This document shows positions 24,626 to 42,061 of a DNA stretch of 64,000 nt, piece by piece. The stretch lies in the NCBI GenBank assembly GCA_039096225.1, contig JBBPEB010000033.1, positions 372,001 through 436,000 on the forward strand. Direction: 5' to 3'. Both the position numbers and the translations under genes were made by a program. The stretch comes from Blastocystis sp. Blastoise (taxonomy: Eukaryota > Protista > Bigyra: Opalinata). The notes under the pieces were generated by a model. That model did no database searches, was not told where the DNA came from, and worked only from the letters and a program-made list of their open reading frames with translations. Each line of letters begins with the position of its first letter. The first letter of the stretch is position 1.

Positions 24626-26573
24626 ATGTTATCACACACCATCGTCTCTCGTGCTGGTATATTGACATATTAATTTGAAAGCTATTTTTATTCAATATAG
24701 TATTAGCTCGTAATTTCGCTGTTTGTGCTAATGCTGCCGTCAATGTATGCTAATTTGATGCTTAATTTCTTATTTATATATAAATATCTATTTAGGTTAA
24801 GGCTCTTACCATTGAAAAGACCAAAAACCCTAAACCTCATCTTCCTAAGGAAAAGCTTGTTTTCGGTAAGACTTTTACTGATCATATGCTTGAAATGGAT
24901 CATCATGATACTAAGGGTTGGAGTACTCCTAAGATTACCCCTTATCATCCTATTCCTTGTGATCCTGCCATGTCTGTTTTCCATTATGGTATGGAAGTAA
25001 GTTTTGTTTTATATATTTATCACTTATTATATACAATACATATTATATTCATACTTTTTAATAACTATGTTTATTCTATAAAGCTTATTTTTTTTTTTGT
25101 ATATAGTGTTTCGAAGGTATGAAGGCTTACTTAGATGCTGATAACCATGTTCGTCTTTTCAGACCTCTTGAAAATATGAAGAGAATGAATACTTCTATGG
25201 TCAGAATGGCTCTTGGTGTATGTTATTGTTATTATTTATATTTATTAAAATTTATATTTTTATTTATATTTTATTATTTATAATAATAATAATATATATA
25301 TATATATAGCCTATTGATCCTGAAGCTACTGTAGAATTAATTAAAAAGTTTGTTCTTCTTGAAAAGAGTTGGATTCCTCAAGGTAGAGGCTATTCTCTTT
25401 ATTTAAGACCTACTGCTATTGCTACGGATGCTGGTCTTGGTGTTCATGCTTCTCATACTTCCAAGTTGTATGTTTATGTTTATTATTATTATTATATGCT
25501 TATTTTGTTTTTATTTTTTTTTGTTTTTATGCATATACTTATTATTATTTTTTTTATTATATAATATAGCTTTGTCATTGCTTCTCCCGTTGGTCCTTAT
25601 TATTCCACTGGATTTAAACCCGTCAAGTTAGTTATATCCTTTCTATTATTTATATACTATAATCTAGATTTATTTATATATATTAATAAATATTTTTAAA
25701 ATTAGTATATATATATATATATAATCTTTAATTAATATACGCTGATGAAATTAACAGACGTTCATGGCCTGGTGGTGTTGGTTTCTGTAAGTGTGGTGGG
25801 TATATATTTCTATATATATAGATTTATATTATTATTGTATATTATATACTAATCATTATTAATATATATATAGTAACTATGCTCCTACTGTCTATGTTGC
25901 TGAAGAATGGGCTAAGAAAGGGTATATATATTGTTAATATATATTATGATTATTATTAATATATATTATTATCAATATAATGTTTTTCCTTCTCTAGTTT
26001 CTCTAACATTTTATGGTTAGGTCCTAATAAGACTATTACTGAAGGTGGTGCTATGAACTTATTCTTCTTCTGGAAGAATGAACAAGGTGAAAAGGAATTA
26101 ATTACTGCTCCTCTTAATGGTATGATTTTACCTGGTATTACTAGAAAGTCTATTATTGAATTAACTAAGAAATGGGGTGAGTTCAAGGTTACTGAAAGAG
26201 AATATACTATGGATGAAATCGTTAAGGCTTCTAATGAAAAGAGAGTATATAGTCTTTATTATTATCTGTTAATTATATAATATATATAGCTTCTTTTTTT
26301 TCTATTTCATATTATTAATCTATAAAATAATAATATATTATAATATATATATAGCTTCTTGAGTGTTTTATGTGTGGTACTGCTGCTGTTGTTGGTTCTG
26401 TCAACTGTGTTCATTACCAAGGTGTTGATTATAATATTCCTCTTGATCCTAAGGATGCTTCCAAACCTGCTGGTCCTGTTACTCAAAGATTATTTGATAC
26501 TATGACTGGTATTCAACTTGGTCTCGTCGAAAATCCTTATCCTGAAGATCCTTGGTCTATTCGTATTGATTAA
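24626..26573 (+). CDS. BCAT: Branched-chain amino acid aminotransferase with mitochondrial-type presequence, multi-exon
   Basis: [16 protein letters not shown] presequence; [61 protein letters not shown] (PLP lysine), [26 protein letters not shown]. Confidence 0.95.
25634..25740 (+). other. U12-type (minor spliceosome) AT-AC intron in BCAT
   Basis: 5' end ATATCCTTTC, branch-like ATCTTTAAT close to the 3' end, terminal AC. Removal gives in-frame FKPVKLV|[12 protein letters not shown]. Confidence 0.9.
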
Positions 26574-26919
26574 ACAAAATAATCATTCTTATTCTTTTTT
26601 ACGATATATCAAATGGATTCAATTGAATTCTTTTATATATAGTATAAAGTATTAGAATATCTGTTTTCGTTGTTTTCATTTTTTTTTGTTTATGTCTATT
26701 CTTTTCTTTTGCAACAGCATAATTTTACGTAATATTTATTTATCAAATATTATATATTCTTTTTTTTTAAAAGGTTCTTATAAGTCTTGTTTTGTTAAAT
26801 TAAATATTTAAGAAATATATAGGTAAAATGAATGTAATGAAATAAACTATAAATAATATGGAATAGAAACATCATTGTAGTAAATAAAAATGTGAATTAT
26901 ATAGAGAAATTAATATAGT

Positions 26920-27795
26920 TTAAGGAATAGGTTTAATTTTATAGTGAAGACCAATCAAAGAAATAACAAGACATTTAAGATCTTGAACTAAATAGAAGAA
27001 AGATCTTAAACCTTCAGGATCTTTAGACTTTTGTATATCCGCCATACTATTAATCTTTGAACACTATATATAGTAATATTATATTGAATATAATTAAATG
27101 ATTTAAATAAAAAATAATTAAATGATTTAAATAATAAATAATTAAAATAATAAAATAAAATAATAAAATAGAATAATAAAATAATAAAATAGAATAATAA
27201 AATAAAATAATAAAATAGAATAATAAAATAATAAAATAAAATAATAAACTAAAAAAAAAATTAAAAAAAAAAAATACAGTAAAATAGAAATGAACGTTAT
27301 CAATAACACATTCAAGATCTTGACGTCCATCATCATTAGGTTGTGGCCAGTTACTATCATCTTCTTGACTAACTTGACTTTCTCTGATTAAACGTTTGAC
27401 TTCATCAATAACTATCTTATTGACATTTGCTAAACAAACAGAAAAATATATTATATAATGAATTGACTTGTGTACTATTATTTTAAGCAATCAAAAACAT
27501 AATAAAAATATCACAGATATACAAACAACAAATTACTCTTATTATACAATTAAAATAGAGAATAAATTAAGGAGATAAAACTAAAAAATATATATACCCT
27601 TCTTGCGAATCATTTGCTCGCTCTTATAAGAGCTGTTATTCTCATAGATGAATTGTCCATCAGCATGAAATTCAAATTGCATATATTCATTACCATACTG
27701 ACCTTTGTGACCATTACTATATATTTGATATTGAGTTAATTATAGCTTTCTACCAATACATACTAGTATCTAATGTAAAAATCTTCTCCAGACAT
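26920..27795 (-). CDS. MAGO: Mago nashi (exon junction complex core), 4 exons
   Basis: [11 protein letters not shown]|[16 protein letters not shown]...MIRKK|[38 protein letters not shown]|[39 protein letters not shown]. Confidence 0.95.
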
Positions 27796-28196
27796 CTTGA
27801 TGAGTTCCTTACTTGTAGTTATTGATCAATATGTAATTATTCAAAATTTCTCTAAGAAGTTTTGATACTCCTTTTTTGTTCGAAAATACCGCGGTTACTA
27901 TGCATTCCTTTATGGGAAATGATTTTTCTTCTTAAGAAAAAAGACTTTCACGGTTTTTTCTTTTTTTGAAGTGAGAAACGATATTTTGTTTTGAATGAGT
28001 TTGTTTTTATTTATTTATTAAACACGATGATAGGATGTCGTATTCTATGTAAATGAACAAATGGAAATTGACAATAAAGTTCGTTAGAATTAAAATAAAT
28101 TGTTTATCGTTTTTAGAAGAAACGATTTATTCACTAGATTTGATTTAATTACATTATAATATATAAATCTTTGCTTTTTAAATATTGGGTATTTCA

Positions 28197-29022
28197 ATGA
28201 AACTATTCTCAAGACGACATTACAAGAAAAAGAAGGCCATTCTGGATTCAGAACTTGTTTTTCCTTTTCACTATGAGATTTTATGGTCTCTAGTTCCCTA
28301 TTGTGATCTAAAATCGTTTGTGGCATTGTGTATTCATTTATGATGTAATAATGTCACACTATTTGTTTCAACTCTATACATATGTATATCTTTAGATCAA
28401 ATGAATAAGCTAATGTATTATTATTTTGCAAATAGTGATCTGATGTGGAGATCTTTATGCCTGTCTGTATCTATATTTAAATTATATATAAAAAACAAAT
28501 TATTGTAATAGTATAATATATCGGATACATTTAAGGATATGAACTGGAAACAAACATTTTTATATGTTTATAAGCATTTCTATCAGTATTTCTATATATT
28601 ATTAGTTTTTATTTTTTTCTATTTCTCTATATATATACTAGTATATCTCCTTCAATTCATTATCATTTCCATTTAAAAGATTTAATTCGCCCTTTATTAT
28701 ATGCCGTGTTTCTCTATAATGATAATGAAGATATATATATACCTTTACTTATTAATGATCGGAAACGAAAATATATATATGTATCCCATACAGGTATGCT
28801 AGTATTATTATGATTTATATTCATTATTTTAATTTGTTAGTTTTTATTATTGTTTTATACTAGTATCCATATTTAATGTTAATAAATAAGATTTATATAT
28901 ATAGGATTTGTATATATATATGTACCTCGTAAGATATATATTATGGCACGAAATGTATACACATTTTTGTATATATATATAATAATAATATATAATATAT
29001 AAAATATTATATATAAAACATA

Positions 29023-29053
<31 letters not shown>

Positions 29054-29711
29054 CTAATATCTAATATCTATACTATATCTCCTATATCTATTATCAGTTA
29101 TAACTAACAATTAAATATATGATATAATAAAGTATATATAGTAATGATACATATGTATATGATCCAATAAATATATTAGCTTATTTGCAAGAAGATATAG
29201 TTGTATATATATATAAATATACATTACATGACCAATTCTCAACTGGAGCTATTTCAACTTATATGAAAAATGTATATAAATTTAGATATATATTTCTTAT
29301 TAATGATAAAAAGTTATAAAAATAAAAAAATATGATAATAAATATATATATATATATAGATTGTTAATACATATTTTAATCCACCATTCTTGTTAGTAAT
29401 ATTATATAAAGTATACATTTTATAAATTATATATTAAATATTACATATATAAACTTTGTTGGTTCTTTTCTTTCTATATATACATAGCCTGGAGAAAAAA
29501 TAGATATTAATTATATTTATTCTCATTTATTTTTAAATTATTTGAATCGGAAAAAGTAAGTATTTAATTTTATTATTATTCATATATATTTATTTTTAAT
29601 TTCTATGTCTTGTGTAGATGGTATGTGATGATGATTGCAGATAATGATATTCATCAATATGAACAAATACTGAATATGATTAAGAAAATTGTTTATGCAA
29701 AAAAGAAATAA
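28197..29711 (+). CDS. Putative F-box protein, multi-exon
   Basis: Spliced N-terminus MKLFSRR...FPFHYEILWSLVPYCDLKSFVAL|YQMNKLMYYYFANSDLMWRSLCLS|...NWKQTF follows the F-box pattern. Downstream exons are less certain; the last exon ends at TAA 29709-29711. Confidence 0.6.
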
Positions 29712-29948
29712 ATATATTTATTAATAATTCTATCCATACTATTCCTTGTATTCTAAGAATAGTTATAATATAAAATATAAAAAATAGTTGTCCTACTAAA
29801 ATGATTCTATATAATTCAAGAATAAAAAGATAAAAAAAAATATAAGGAGAATTAGAGTTGAACAAAACAATTGAAAAAATTAAAAAAAAAGTAAATATAT
29901 GTTTAAAAGTTGTTTTTAGTAATAAAGAATAATCATTACTAATTTCAT

Positions 29949-31129
29949 TTAAGCACTTTCAATAGTTCCAACATCCATCTTGTTTAAGCTCTTTTGACTA
30001 CTAATATTTCTAGAAAGTGGTATTTTTGATGTATCTTGATCTTCAATATCAATTAATAATCCTTGTGTTTCAGGTTTAACTTTAAAACAACCACAATGAG
30101 CACAGTAGAGAATAAGAACAATAATAATAGTAAGAATAACAACTATAGCACAGCCAACGACAAACCAAGTCCAAGGATTAGGACGAAGGAATTGACATTC
30201 TATATATATATTATAATAGTATTATTTATACTAGTAATTATATAGGATTCTATATCATTTATTATTTATTATATATTATGAAATATCAATATAATAAGAT
30301 TAATAATAATAATAATAAAATTATTTCCTTATTAATACTATATATATATACTCTCAGAAGAACCATTATAAATAGTTTCAGTAGTATTATGACGAACAAC
30401 AAATTTATCAACTATATAAATAATGAATAAAAAAGAATAAATAATAAACAAAAAAGAATAAAATACTCTTTATAGAAACATCAGCAGTTTGTTCATCACC
30501 AATTAAATCATACATTTCTGATGTTATATCTTCATCTTTAAAAGTACAATTGTAATGACTAGATTATATATATAAATAAGCAATGAAAATAGTTTAAAAA
30601 AATAGTAAAAAGTAATATAAAAAAAAATAAATTAAAAAAAAATAATAAAAATAATAAATACTAAAAATCATCCCAATCAGAAAGAGGTTTATCACATATA
30701 ATTTTCTTTTCTACAAGTTCAGTATTATTCTTAGAACTCACTTGAAAATTATCAATCTTGTAGGTAAGACTATCATATTCTATAATAATAAATAGTCACA
30801 TAATATAAAAAATATACCTGGTATACTGGATTCAGAAACTGAAAGAATTGAATCACTATAAAAAGAAAATAAATTGGAATTATCCTCAATACTAGAAAAA
30901 TGAAATACTATTGACTAACACCAAAGAAAGGAATGCCTGAACAGTCTTTTGTTCCATATAACTCATATACTTCAGCAATCTTGGTATATATAGCACCAGA
31001 ATCACTTTCAAGTTCTAAAGTAAGTGTCATACCTCCATAAGAAGTTTCTTTACACGCAAGTTGATAACGATTACAATATTGAGCGAAGCTGACAACAAAA
31101 AGAAGATTAAGAAGAAGAATTGATTTCAT
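29949..31129 (-). CDS. Hypothetical small type-I membrane protein, multi-exon
   Basis: Signal peptide MKSILLLNLLFVVSFA, Cys-containing ectodomain exons, TM LILGLGLSLAVAIVVILTIIVVLILYC and tail ending DVGTIESA*. Confidence 0.7.
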
Positions 31130-31415
31130 TTTCTAAGTATTCAACAAAGATATAAATTATCAAAAAAATGAATTTCTTCTTGTTAAAGAGAAAATCTTTT
31201 GTTTTTGCTCTATATATTTTATTGATTAAAAAAAGATACATTATCATTAAAAAAAAATTAAAACAAAACTCACTTTTTTAGTATACACATCAAAGTGTTT
31301 ATATATATTAATAAATCTCACAAAAAAATAATCTAAGAAAAAAAAATAAGCTACAATCAATAAACTTAAAAACACATGGAAAAGAACAAAAGGATAAAAA
31401 AATTATTTAATAAAT

Positions 31416-32621
31416 TTAATGGGAATACTTAGCAAGTAATTCTTTATCTTCAAAGACCTTTTCACCTCCAATGAAAGTAGTCATAACATTAAGGTTATCA
31501 TCTAAGAATAAGAAATCAGCATCCATACCAGGATTAAGAGAACCCTTCTTGTTATCAATATGAATGATTTGAGCAGGACGAAGAGTAGCAGCTTCAATAG
31601 CTTCGATTTGAGAACAGCCAGTGAATTTAGTGAAGTTACGTACACAAGTATCAATAGAAACAATAGAACCAGCAAGAGTATTTTCGTTTTCTTCTAAGAC
31701 AGCTTTATTGTTTTCAATGACAACATTTTGTTTACCAAGCTTATAATGACCAGCAGGAAGACCCATAGCAGCCATAGCATCAGTAATAAGAATAGCACCA
31801 GTAGGATGAGCTTTATGAGCAAATCGTACAGCATAAGGATGAGAGTGAATACCATCACTAATAATAGAATAATGAGGACATTTTTCTTCATCCATACCTA
31901 ATAAACCAATTACACCAGGATCTCTATGATGGAAGGGATTCATAGCATTGAATAAGTGAGTTAATAAAGTAGCACCACTGTGAATACCAACTTCAGCTTG
32001 TTCAATAGTAGCAACAGTATGACCTTCAGAAACAGTTAAACCATGTTCAACCATAAATTTAATAGCTTCAGGAGCACCAGGATTTTCAGCAGCAATAGTA
32101 ACAATCTTAATATTTTCTAAACTACCATACATATCCATAACACTCTTACCACCTTCAACAGGAGACTTAACACAATCTAAAGGATGAGCACCTCTTCTTT
32201 GAGGAGCAATGAAAGGACCTTCACAATGTACACCAAGAGTAGCAGCACCCTTTTCAACACCACCCTTTCTAGGAGTATATAAAGGAAGAATCTTCTTGTA
32301 TACTTCAGGAGAAGAAGTAATGATAGTAGGACAAATAGCAACACAACCATTGTTAGCAAGTCTCTTAGTGACGGAATCAATTTCTTCCTTAGTAATACTA
32401 GGATCAGAGAAATCATAACCATAAGCACCATTGATTTGAATATCAATGAAACCAGGGCAAACTAAGCAATTATTACCATCAATAACTTCATCAGGAGTAA
32501 TATATTTACAAGCAGCAGCATCTAAGAGGAGACCATTCTTATACCAAAGTTCACCACTCTTAATTTCGTGATTGTTCACAATACGAACATTCTTTACTTG
32601 AACAGTTTTTTCGCTTTGCAT
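31416..32621 (-). CDS. nagA: N-acetylglucosamine-6-phosphate deacetylase (NagA/AMDHD2), intronless
   Basis: PGFIDIQINGAYG, GVHCEGPFI, THLFNAM..FHHRDPG, DGIHSHP, LITDAM, LAGS, KGSL.PG.DAD. Confidence 0.96.
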   Translation of the reverse strand: MQSEKTVQVKNVRIVNNHEIKSGELWYKNGLLLDAAACKYITPDEVIDGNNCLVCPGFIDIQINGAYGYDFSDPSITKEEIDSVTKRLANNGCVAICPTIITSSPEVYKKILPLYTPRKGGVEKGAATLGVHCEGPFIAPQRRGAHPLDCVKSPVEGGKSVMDMYGSLENIKIVTIAAENPGAPEAIKFMVEHGLTVSEGHTVATIEQAEVGIHSGATLLTHLFNAMNPFHHRDPGVIGLLGMDEEKCPHYSIISDGIHSHPYAVRFAHKAHPTGAILITDAMAAMGLPAGHYKLGKQNVVIENNKAVLEENENTLAGSIVSIDTCVRNFTKFTGCSQIEAIEAATLRPAQIIHIDNKKGSLNPGMDADFLFLDDNLNVMTTFIGGEKVFEDKELLAKYSH

Positions 32622-33144
32622 CTTTTTATTATTTTATATCAGTAATATCTTTAGTATTCTATAAGTTACAAACTTATTGAATTTACTTTATTTAATATTC
32701 AAATGAATAAAAAAATATGTAAAAAATATTCTTTTCATAAGTTTCTGGCGAAAGGTGTTAGAGGATAAGAAGAGAATGATTCCAATAAAAATAGAAATTA
32801 TTTGGAACAATTTATTCAAATGGAAACAAAGAACAACCAATTGTTCTATTTGTGAGGAATACAAACAACATAATTCAAAATTCTATTTGTTTCTTCAAAT
32901 TTGAGATGGCGCGTCATTATGGGTCTTATTATTTTTTTCGATTTATTAGGTTCATCGTTGCTTTTCACTGGAAATAATTGGAATCTCACAAATCAAATTT
33001 ATTTGGTTACACATGCACTCAACTTTTTATATGGTAACAAAAAATCATAGTCTTAATCGCGGGAAATCAACAAAATTCTCGAACTGGTTTCTTATTTTAG
33101 TGTTTTTCTTAATTAAGAAATAACTATTATCTATTCAGTATATC

Positions 33145-33438
33145 ATGGATTCGTAATCATATATCTTATTCAAATATTATTGTTTATAATCTATTATTTT
33201 AAAATACAGTGTCTACGAAGATGTTGAGTTTTCAAAATTCACATTCTGTGAAGAAGAGCTCAGTTTCCTTTATCCTTGTCCTTGTGGAGATAACTTCACT
33301 GTTTATATTAGCGAATTATTAGATGGAATTTATATAGCTGTGTGTCCAAGTTGTTCGTTACGTGTAAAAATTCTTGTTAGTGAGGAAGATAAACATAAAA
33401 TAGTAGAATATCGTGATAAGTATGTTTTTTATACATAA
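33145..33438 (+). CDS. DPH3: Diphthamide biosynthesis protein 3 / Kti11 (CSL zinc finger), 2 exons
   Basis: MD|SVYEDVEFSKF...FLYPCPCGDNF...AVCPSCSLRVKI; intron ~33153-33209. Missing from the ORF track because the ATG is in a micro-exon. Confidence 0.92.
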
Positions 33439-33663
33439 GTAAATGCTTGCTTTTTATAAATATTCTTTCATCTTTTGTGTTTGGGGTCTTTTAATTTTTT
33501 TTTTCTTTTGCATGCTTTCTGTCATTATTTTTCTGTGTTGTTTTTAAAGATAGTCGGGCCTTTTATGCAAGTCCATTATTATTATTTTTTAATAGTTTTG
33601 TGAGTATTGGAATATACATATAATATGATCAGTTAACACAATAAAAAATAGTATAAGAACTAT

Positions 33664-34832
33664 TCATTTTTCTTTTCGTTTTGACTTATATTGTGAGGCT
33701 ATAGCATATTTTATAGTATTTGAATTAAAAGATCGTTTCAATGGCTCTTTAGAACTTGTATCTATATATATATATATAATATGAACATATTATTAATGTT
33801 ACCTTCAATTTGTTGTTTGGAATATCTATATAAAATAAGGAATGAATATCTATATATATATACTTTTGTATTAGAGGAGTTGGAATCTCTGTATCACTAT
33901 CTATATATTTTAATATTCATTATTATGATATTTATTATTAATATAATAATAATAAATATAATAATAAACATAACAATAAATATAATAAATATAATAAATA
34001 TAATAAATATAATAATAAATATAATAATAAATATAATAACAATATATACCTTCAATATCTGAAGAATTTGATTGATTCTCTATATATAAACATTTAATAT
34101 ATATAACTTTTTCATCTATATACCTTCTTTATATTGTATATCTTGTGAAACTTCTTTATCGGATTCTTGTATTTGTGTTATATTATCTATATATATATAT
34201 CAAAAAATAATATATATCTAAATACCAAACTCTTCTTCTTTGTCATAATTAACAATATCTATATACAATAAAACAATTATATATCTACATAAATACCTTT
34301 ATTTACTAATTCTGGACCATATATCACTTTTTCCCTAGTTCTATCCTATATTCATAATAAGTAAATTTAAAAAAAAAAGAATTACTGTCGGTTTCTGTGA
34401 AATATAACTATGTAATTCACCTATATATAGATAATATAGTTTAAATCAAGGTAGACTAAATATACCTGGAATCCATTGAGGATCTGGATCTAATGATAAT
34501 GCTTTGTTTACAAAAGATTTATATATTCTTTCTAATTTTTCCACTTGTTCTTTGAATTCTTTTATTTTAAACTCTGTATAATTCCTATTACTTTCAATCT
34601 AAACATAAATTCATTATAAAAAAGCATAAAATATTTCTAAAAACAATATAAATACTTGACGTAAATTCCAATCGATCTCACTCTGGATACGAGGAATCCA
34701 TTTTCGAATCTCTAACACATTATTTAATTGATTCAATGGGGGTCGTCTTTCATAATTACTCAATTTTTCACCCTCTTTAGCTGCTACATATCTATTCAAT
34801 AAACCATTGTGTTTTTCTATATTTCTTGCCAT
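33664..34832 (-). CDS. ISY1-like protein (divergent), many micro-exons
   Basis: MARNIEKHNGLLNRY...ERRPPL...IRKWIPRIQSEIDWNLRQ|IESNRNYTEFKIKEFKEQVEKLERIYKSF follows the Isy1 N-terminal pattern (MARN.EK, RRP, KW, E..I.E). C-terminal exons are less certain. Confidence 0.7.
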
Positions 34833-35090
34833 CTTCAATTTCTATCTATCTTTTTCTTTTATATATAACTTATAATTGATGAAATTCTCTCTATCTATTT
34901 AAATATTACTGTTTTTCGTTGTTAAAAAAAATAATCATAATTATTTGATACTATTCTAAAGAAATTCAAATACCATGAATAAAACTTAAAAAATAGTTAT
35001 CATTTAGTTATTTACCTTGAATATATTTTTATGGTCTTTAAAAAAAAATATATATATTTTTATTATTCTATATTAACGAATATTGACAAC

Positions 35091-35682
35091 ATGGAAATAG
35101 AAGTATGTGTTTTTATGTTATCATATATATTAATATCTATATATGATAGAATGATGATGGAATGAGTTTAGAAAATGGAGTCGAATTAGTAAGTACTTCT
35201 GAAACTCCTGAAACAACAGAAACTAAACCACAAGAAACAAGAATCACAACTGCATATTTAACTAAATATGAGCGTGCTCGTGTTTTAGGTACTAGAGCTC
35301 TTCAATTATCGTATATATTTTATTTAAAGATTCACTATCTTCCATGAATATGTTTATTGGACTTTTTCTATTTATTTAATAAGCTTTAAACATATTGTTA
35401 TACTGAATTACCAACATTATCTATATATTTTTAAATTTCTTTTAGTATGAATGCTCCTCCTATGGTTCAAATCAATGGTGAAACAGATCCTTTAGCAATT
35501 GCTAATGAAGAATTAAATCAAAAGAAAGTATACTTTTTATTTTTATACTTTATATTTTATTATTCATTTGTTTTTTAAATAATTTACTTAATTATTTTAT
35601 TTAGATTCCTTTAATTATTCGTCGTTATCTTCCTAATGGTACTCATGAAGACTGGCGTTTAGATGAACTTTTAATTGATTAA
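35091..35682 (+). CDS. RPB6: RNA polymerases I/II/III shared subunit RPB6, 4 exons
   Basis: [24 protein letters not shown]|[27 protein letters not shown]|[25 protein letters not shown]. Confidence 0.96.
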
Positions 35683-35933
35683 TTTATTTATTCTTTTTCT
35701 TTATTTATTATAACAACATATTCTTTTTATATGCATTTATGTTTATATGTTTCTTACAAATGATTTTCTTTCTTTATTTTTTTTGTTATTTACTTGGCTT
35801 CTTTTAAGAATGATAATAACTAGTGGTACTAAATTATAACGATGTTATAGAATAATCATAGTCATATAAACAATAGAATATAGTAATACTTTCAAACAAA
35901 ACAAAACAAAAAGAAAGAATATAGCATAGAATT

Positions 35934-40987
<5,054 letters not shown>

Positions 40988-42061
40988 CAATTATTAATTG
41001 TTTGTTTTATCCTTTATTCTCATTATTTTTTAAATATTTTAATTGCTATTCAAAGATGATATTCTAGAGTGTTTCTCTTTATTTATAAATCAAACGAAAA
41101 ACCAGTAATGAAAAAGAATAGTTGCTAATTTAGTTGCTTATATTAGGATCTCAAGTGTTTTGAATGTTGTAGAATAGAATACTTTATTTGAATCAACATA
41201 ATATATTTCTTTTACGTACTGATTCATTTCAAACGGTAATTTCTAAAAATTGTTATGGTTCTAGTTTATCTAAAACTGATTAGAAATAAAGTGCGAAAAA
41301 CAATAAAGTATCTTTTTAGTTATATTTATGATGTTTTTAGATTATTCAAGAATTTTGAGTCATTTTTCTATGCTATATATTCTGAAAAAAAATTATTATA
41401 ATGAAATGAGATTACTATACGCATAAAGAATATACAAAATATTACACTATCATAAACTACTAATTTATAGATCAGATTCGCTTCAATTTCACTTTATGAA
41501 GAGACAATACATTTTTTGATGCGTATAAAGTCACACAATGCCGGATTAAGCTAGAATCAAAAACAATACTCTTGCAATTGATCCACTAACAAAATTTTGT
41601 AATTCTCTCTATTGATACACAATCTATGCAAAATATAACTAACAGAATTCAACATGTGTTCTTATTAATGAATTTAAAAGAATCCACTATCTACCATTTC
41701 TAGGAATCCTCCTAAACATGTCATGACAAAAGATTACATAAATATTTCTCTATCTCCGCAAATATAATCGAATTTATGGGTGAAATCATGTATATTATCT
41801 TGATTATTATAAAGCTGATAACAAGAAATTTTCAAGAAAAAGATAATACCAATTGAATGGCTAACAATTATCCAATAATATTATCTATATCTTAGCATAA
41901 ACCAATGATTTCCGTCAGAATTGTAGAATTCTGCTGTTATGAAAAAAAAATAGAAATCGTTCTCTTACGATCAAATTCTTACGGATAATTCATAGCAGCA
42001 TTACAATATATCAAATATCAAATTCTTAAATATATTTTTATTTCAATATTAGAATTATTTA

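Noticed and set aside
28090-28326. 78-aa minus-strand ORF (MPQTILDHNRE...)
   Set aside because: Overlaps the plus-strand exon that gives a coherent spliced F-box motif.
31416-32621. NagA as a recent bacterial transfer
   Set aside because: The THLFNAM..FHHRDPG..GLL and IDIQING motifs fit eukaryotic AMDHD2; lack of introns alone is insufficient, since eIF5A is also intronless.
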